From positions 17,441 through 81,440 of the forward strand of contig JAKLFF010000002.1 of the NCBI GenBank assembly GCA_022711335.1: DNA of 64,000 bases, in the 5' to 3' direction. The stretch is from Patescibacteria group bacterium (lineage in GTDB: Bacteria > Patescibacteriota > Minisyncoccia > Moranbacterales > UBA2206). Positions 61,695 to 64,000 of the stretch are shown here, piece by piece; the first letter of the stretch is position 1; each line of letters starts with the position of its first letter. The notes beneath the pieces are model-generated. The model worked only from the letters and a program-made list of their open reading frames with translations. It did no database searches and was not told where the DNA came from. The translations under genes were made by a program, and so were the position numbers.

Positions 61695-62129
61695 TTATTT
61701 CAAATCATTCTGGCTTGAATAGAATATTTTTTTATCTTTCTCCCATTTCATGATTTCTTTCTTGAGAGAAGCCGGCAAAACTTCCGCTTTTTCAAACTCA
61801 TTCCAGGTGAGCCAGCGAAATTCCAAATAATCTTCAAGCGCAGCCACATCCTCCTTGTCGATTTCCGCCCGAAACGTAAAGTTGATTTCATGAGCTTCTC
61901 TTTTTCCATCCTGGAAAACGTTTTCCGCTGTTCCGATAAATTCACATCTTGTCACTTCCGCTCCGATTTCTTCAACTATCTCTCTTTTTAGGGCATCTTT
62001 CACAAATTCGCCAAACTCAACATGCCCTCCCGGGAAAAAATAATAATCGCGGTCTTTTCTTTTGCAAAGCAAGATTTTTCCTTTTTGAAAAATGAAGCCT
62101 CTGGCGATAAACTCGATTTGTTTTTGCAT
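61695..62129 (-). CDS. NUDIX hydrolase
   Basis: Nudix box GGHVEFGEFVKDALKREIVEEIG. Confidence 0.8.
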   Translation of the reverse strand: MQKQIEFIARGFIFQKGKILLCKRKDRDYYFFPGGHVEFGEFVKDALKREIVEEIGAEVTRCEFIGTAENVFQDGKREAHEINFTFRAEIDKEDVAALEDYLEFRWLTWNEFEKAEVLPASLKKEIMKWEKDKKIFYSSQNDLK

Positions 62130-62151
62130 ATGTTTTTACTAAAGCTCTGCT

Positions 62152-63969
62152 TTATAAAGATTTTATTATTTCCTCCGCTTCTTCTTGTGATGATTTTTCT
62201 CTAAAAATAGACTTTCTTAATAATTTTTCTCCAATATCCTTTCTTTTTTCCGTAGATAACCCCGCTCTTCCAGTAGCCGCTTCAGTTGGGGTTAGTTCTT
62301 TTCCGATCTGAAGCGAGCCATTATCATTGATACCAAAACACTCAAAAAGACGCCTGTCTTCAGTAATAACATAATTAGGAATTCCTTTACTTTCTATGAG
62401 ATTCAGCCTGTTTTTATATTTTCCAATTTTTTCTTCAAAATATTTCAGTGTATTTCTATCCTCCACTGAATGGTCAACAAAATCAAATTCGGGCCTGTTG
62501 CGTGCTTCGGAAACTTTTTCCCATGCTTCTTTCATACCTAGATTATACGCCCAAAATATGCCATTTTTATCTTGAGCTGCTGGTTGGAAATATCCATAAA
62601 TTTCTGCATTATCAATTACAAATTCATTATAACTATCTTCTCCCCCTCCCCGTTCCTTTGCGACTTCATCGATTTTTTCGATAGGCAATTTTTCTTCTGC
62701 ATAGCCAGGCGATTGCCTCTTCTTAATTCCTTTGGATAAGGAACCTCCATCAAAAAAATGGGCCTCGCTTATTTGCCCTCCACCGATTATCACCCCGCCT
62801 GATTGCGTCCAAAGGCCGCTTATTTTACCCTCTTCATCCCTCCCCGGGTTTATTGAAGAAGCGGCCAATGATGGCTCCAGCGAAAGCAAAATATCAAGGT
62901 CGTCTTCAAACGTTGCTTCCTGTGAAACATTAGAATTAGAATTATGTTTTGATCTTCCCTCATTAATAGTATGAACAAAAAACACATTGTTTCTTAGCAC
63001 TGTCTGTTCGACTGTTTTTTTCTGGCTTTCTAATGCCCTACCATAATGAGCCTCAAGCTTTTCTTTTATGCCATTGAGACGGAAATCACTTTTGAGAAGC
63101 TCCTCAAGATTATCAATTTCTCCCGCAAGATTAGTTCTTTGAGATCGGAGTATTTCGGAAGTAATTTTTTTTTCTCCAATGCTTGCCTCCAGAGCTTTAT
63201 CGCCTTTAAATTCTACACCGAGCATATTTTTTATCCTTCCGGTAAATGAATTTGCTCTTTTGGCACGAGTTGCAGATAAATTTTCATATTCTCCCTGGCT
63301 GGCTTCCCAATTTGCGTCCGCTGATGAAAGTTTTTTATATAAATAATCTAGTTGTTCCCTTAATTCTTTCATCTGCGTACTATTTTCTTTTCTTTCCTTT
63401 CTAATCTGTTCGGCTAATTGCTTACGTTCTTCACCCAATAATTGTTTTGAAGCTTCTCTTTCGCTTAAATCTGCTGCATTGACATTTCTTTCCTTTAAGG
63501 AATTGGCAGGTTTTTCATTTTGAACATCTTCGCGTTGCATGATAGAAGAAGCTTCTTGGACCTCTTCGTCTATATTTTTAACTTCAGGCTGCATTGGCTT
63601 ATTCCCAATCGCTTCTAAAAGCTCCCTCCTTGCACTTTGCGCCTGCTCCTGCAATTCTCGCAGCGCTACTTTGTCTTGCTCATCCACCGCTAATCCTTCC
63701 ACTGATGCCCTTTGTTCTGTGGCCTGAAGGCCTCGATATCCATTGTCATTAAAACTGTCTATTGTCTCTTTCGACTTGGCATGCAAAAGTTCAAATAATT
63801 TTTGAAAACTTTCTTGCATCGACTCTTCTTTGTCTTTCTTTTTTTCTTCAAAATAAGTATCTGGCTGTTCCAATAATGCTTTCAAGTCATCCCATGGATT
63901 AGAGCTTAGTTTTTTGTTTCCTTGCTCAATTTTAGAACTTGGGTCTTTTTGTATTTCTTTGAAATTCAT
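62152..63969 (-). CDS. hypothetical large acidic coiled-coil protein
   Basis: 605-aa ORF. The N-terminal half is Glu/Lys/Gln-rich coiled coil. No recognised catalytic motifs. Confidence 0.4.
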   Translation of the reverse strand: MNFKEIQKDPSSKIEQGNKKLSSNPWDDLKALLEQPDTYFEEKKKDKEESMQESFQKLFELLHAKSKETIDSFNDNGYRGLQATEQRASVEGLAVDEQDKVALRELQEQAQSARRELLEAIGNKPMQPEVKNIDEEVQEASSIMQREDVQNEKPANSLKERNVNAADLSEREASKQLLGEERKQLAEQIRKERKENSTQMKELREQLDYLYKKLSSADANWEASQGEYENLSATRAKRANSFTGRIKNMLGVEFKGDKALEASIGEKKITSEILRSQRTNLAGEIDNLEELLKSDFRLNGIKEKLEAHYGRALESQKKTVEQTVLRNNVFFVHTINEGRSKHNSNSNVSQEATFEDDLDILLSLEPSLAASSINPGRDEEGKISGLWTQSGGVIIGGGQISEAHFFDGGSLSKGIKKRQSPGYAEEKLPIEKIDEVAKERGGGEDSYNEFVIDNAEIYGYFQPAAQDKNGIFWAYNLGMKEAWEKVSEARNRPEFDFVDHSVEDRNTLKYFEEKIGKYKNRLNLIESKGIPNYVITEDRRLFECFGINDNGSLQIGKELTPTEAATGRAGLSTEKRKDIGEKLLRKSIFREKSSQEEAEEIIKSL

Positions 63970-64000
63970 TTTTTTAATTTACCGCGTATTATTTCCATGT

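Overview
This is a 64 kb AT-rich bacterial fragment. Its gene content and architecture look like a small-genome Candidate Phyla Radiation (Patescibacteria)-type organism, but that placement is inference from the sequence alone. Almost all genes lie on the minus strand.

Contents:
- Housekeeping genes: trxA, uppS, a polyprenyl synthetase, holB, mreB, murA, rplY, an FtsW/RodA-type SEDS protein, gyrB, gatC-gatA, ligA, and several GT4 and GT39 glycosyltransferases.
- RNA genes: a 5S rRNA and a 23S rRNA locus of about 5.3 kb. The 23S is interrupted by several intervening sequences (IVS) and by three group I introns, one of which encodes a LAGLIDADG homing endonuclease. No 16S rRNA is present in the window. 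There are five tRNAs: Glu-CTC, Asp-GTC, elongator Met-CAT, initiator fMet-CAT and Pro-CGG.
- A complete type IV pilus / competence locus at 48.1-61.0 kb: pilM, pilN, a pilO-like gene, pilB, a response regulator, pilT, pilC, the prepilin peptidase gene pilD, five pilin-like genes, a LamG-domain protein and comFC.
- A block of unknown genes at 6.3-13.6 kb: a membrane-anchored TraG/VirD4-like ATPase, a DUF559 endonuclease, two small acidic proteins and a 990-aa protein.

The most unusual property of the window is its density of short repeat families:
- A GC-rich palindromic element that sits in-frame inside ligA (two copies) and a GT4 gene, and also flanks the DUF559 gene.
- An AT-rich element that adds a KSKIK-QNDNSK peptide in-frame to ligA and a second GT4 gene.
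- A 78-bp MITE-like element with perfect terminal inverted repeats, in four copies.
- A 155-bp palindrome duplicated upstream of the two small acidic genes.
- Two IVS families, each present twice inside the single 23S gene.

No CRISPR array was found.
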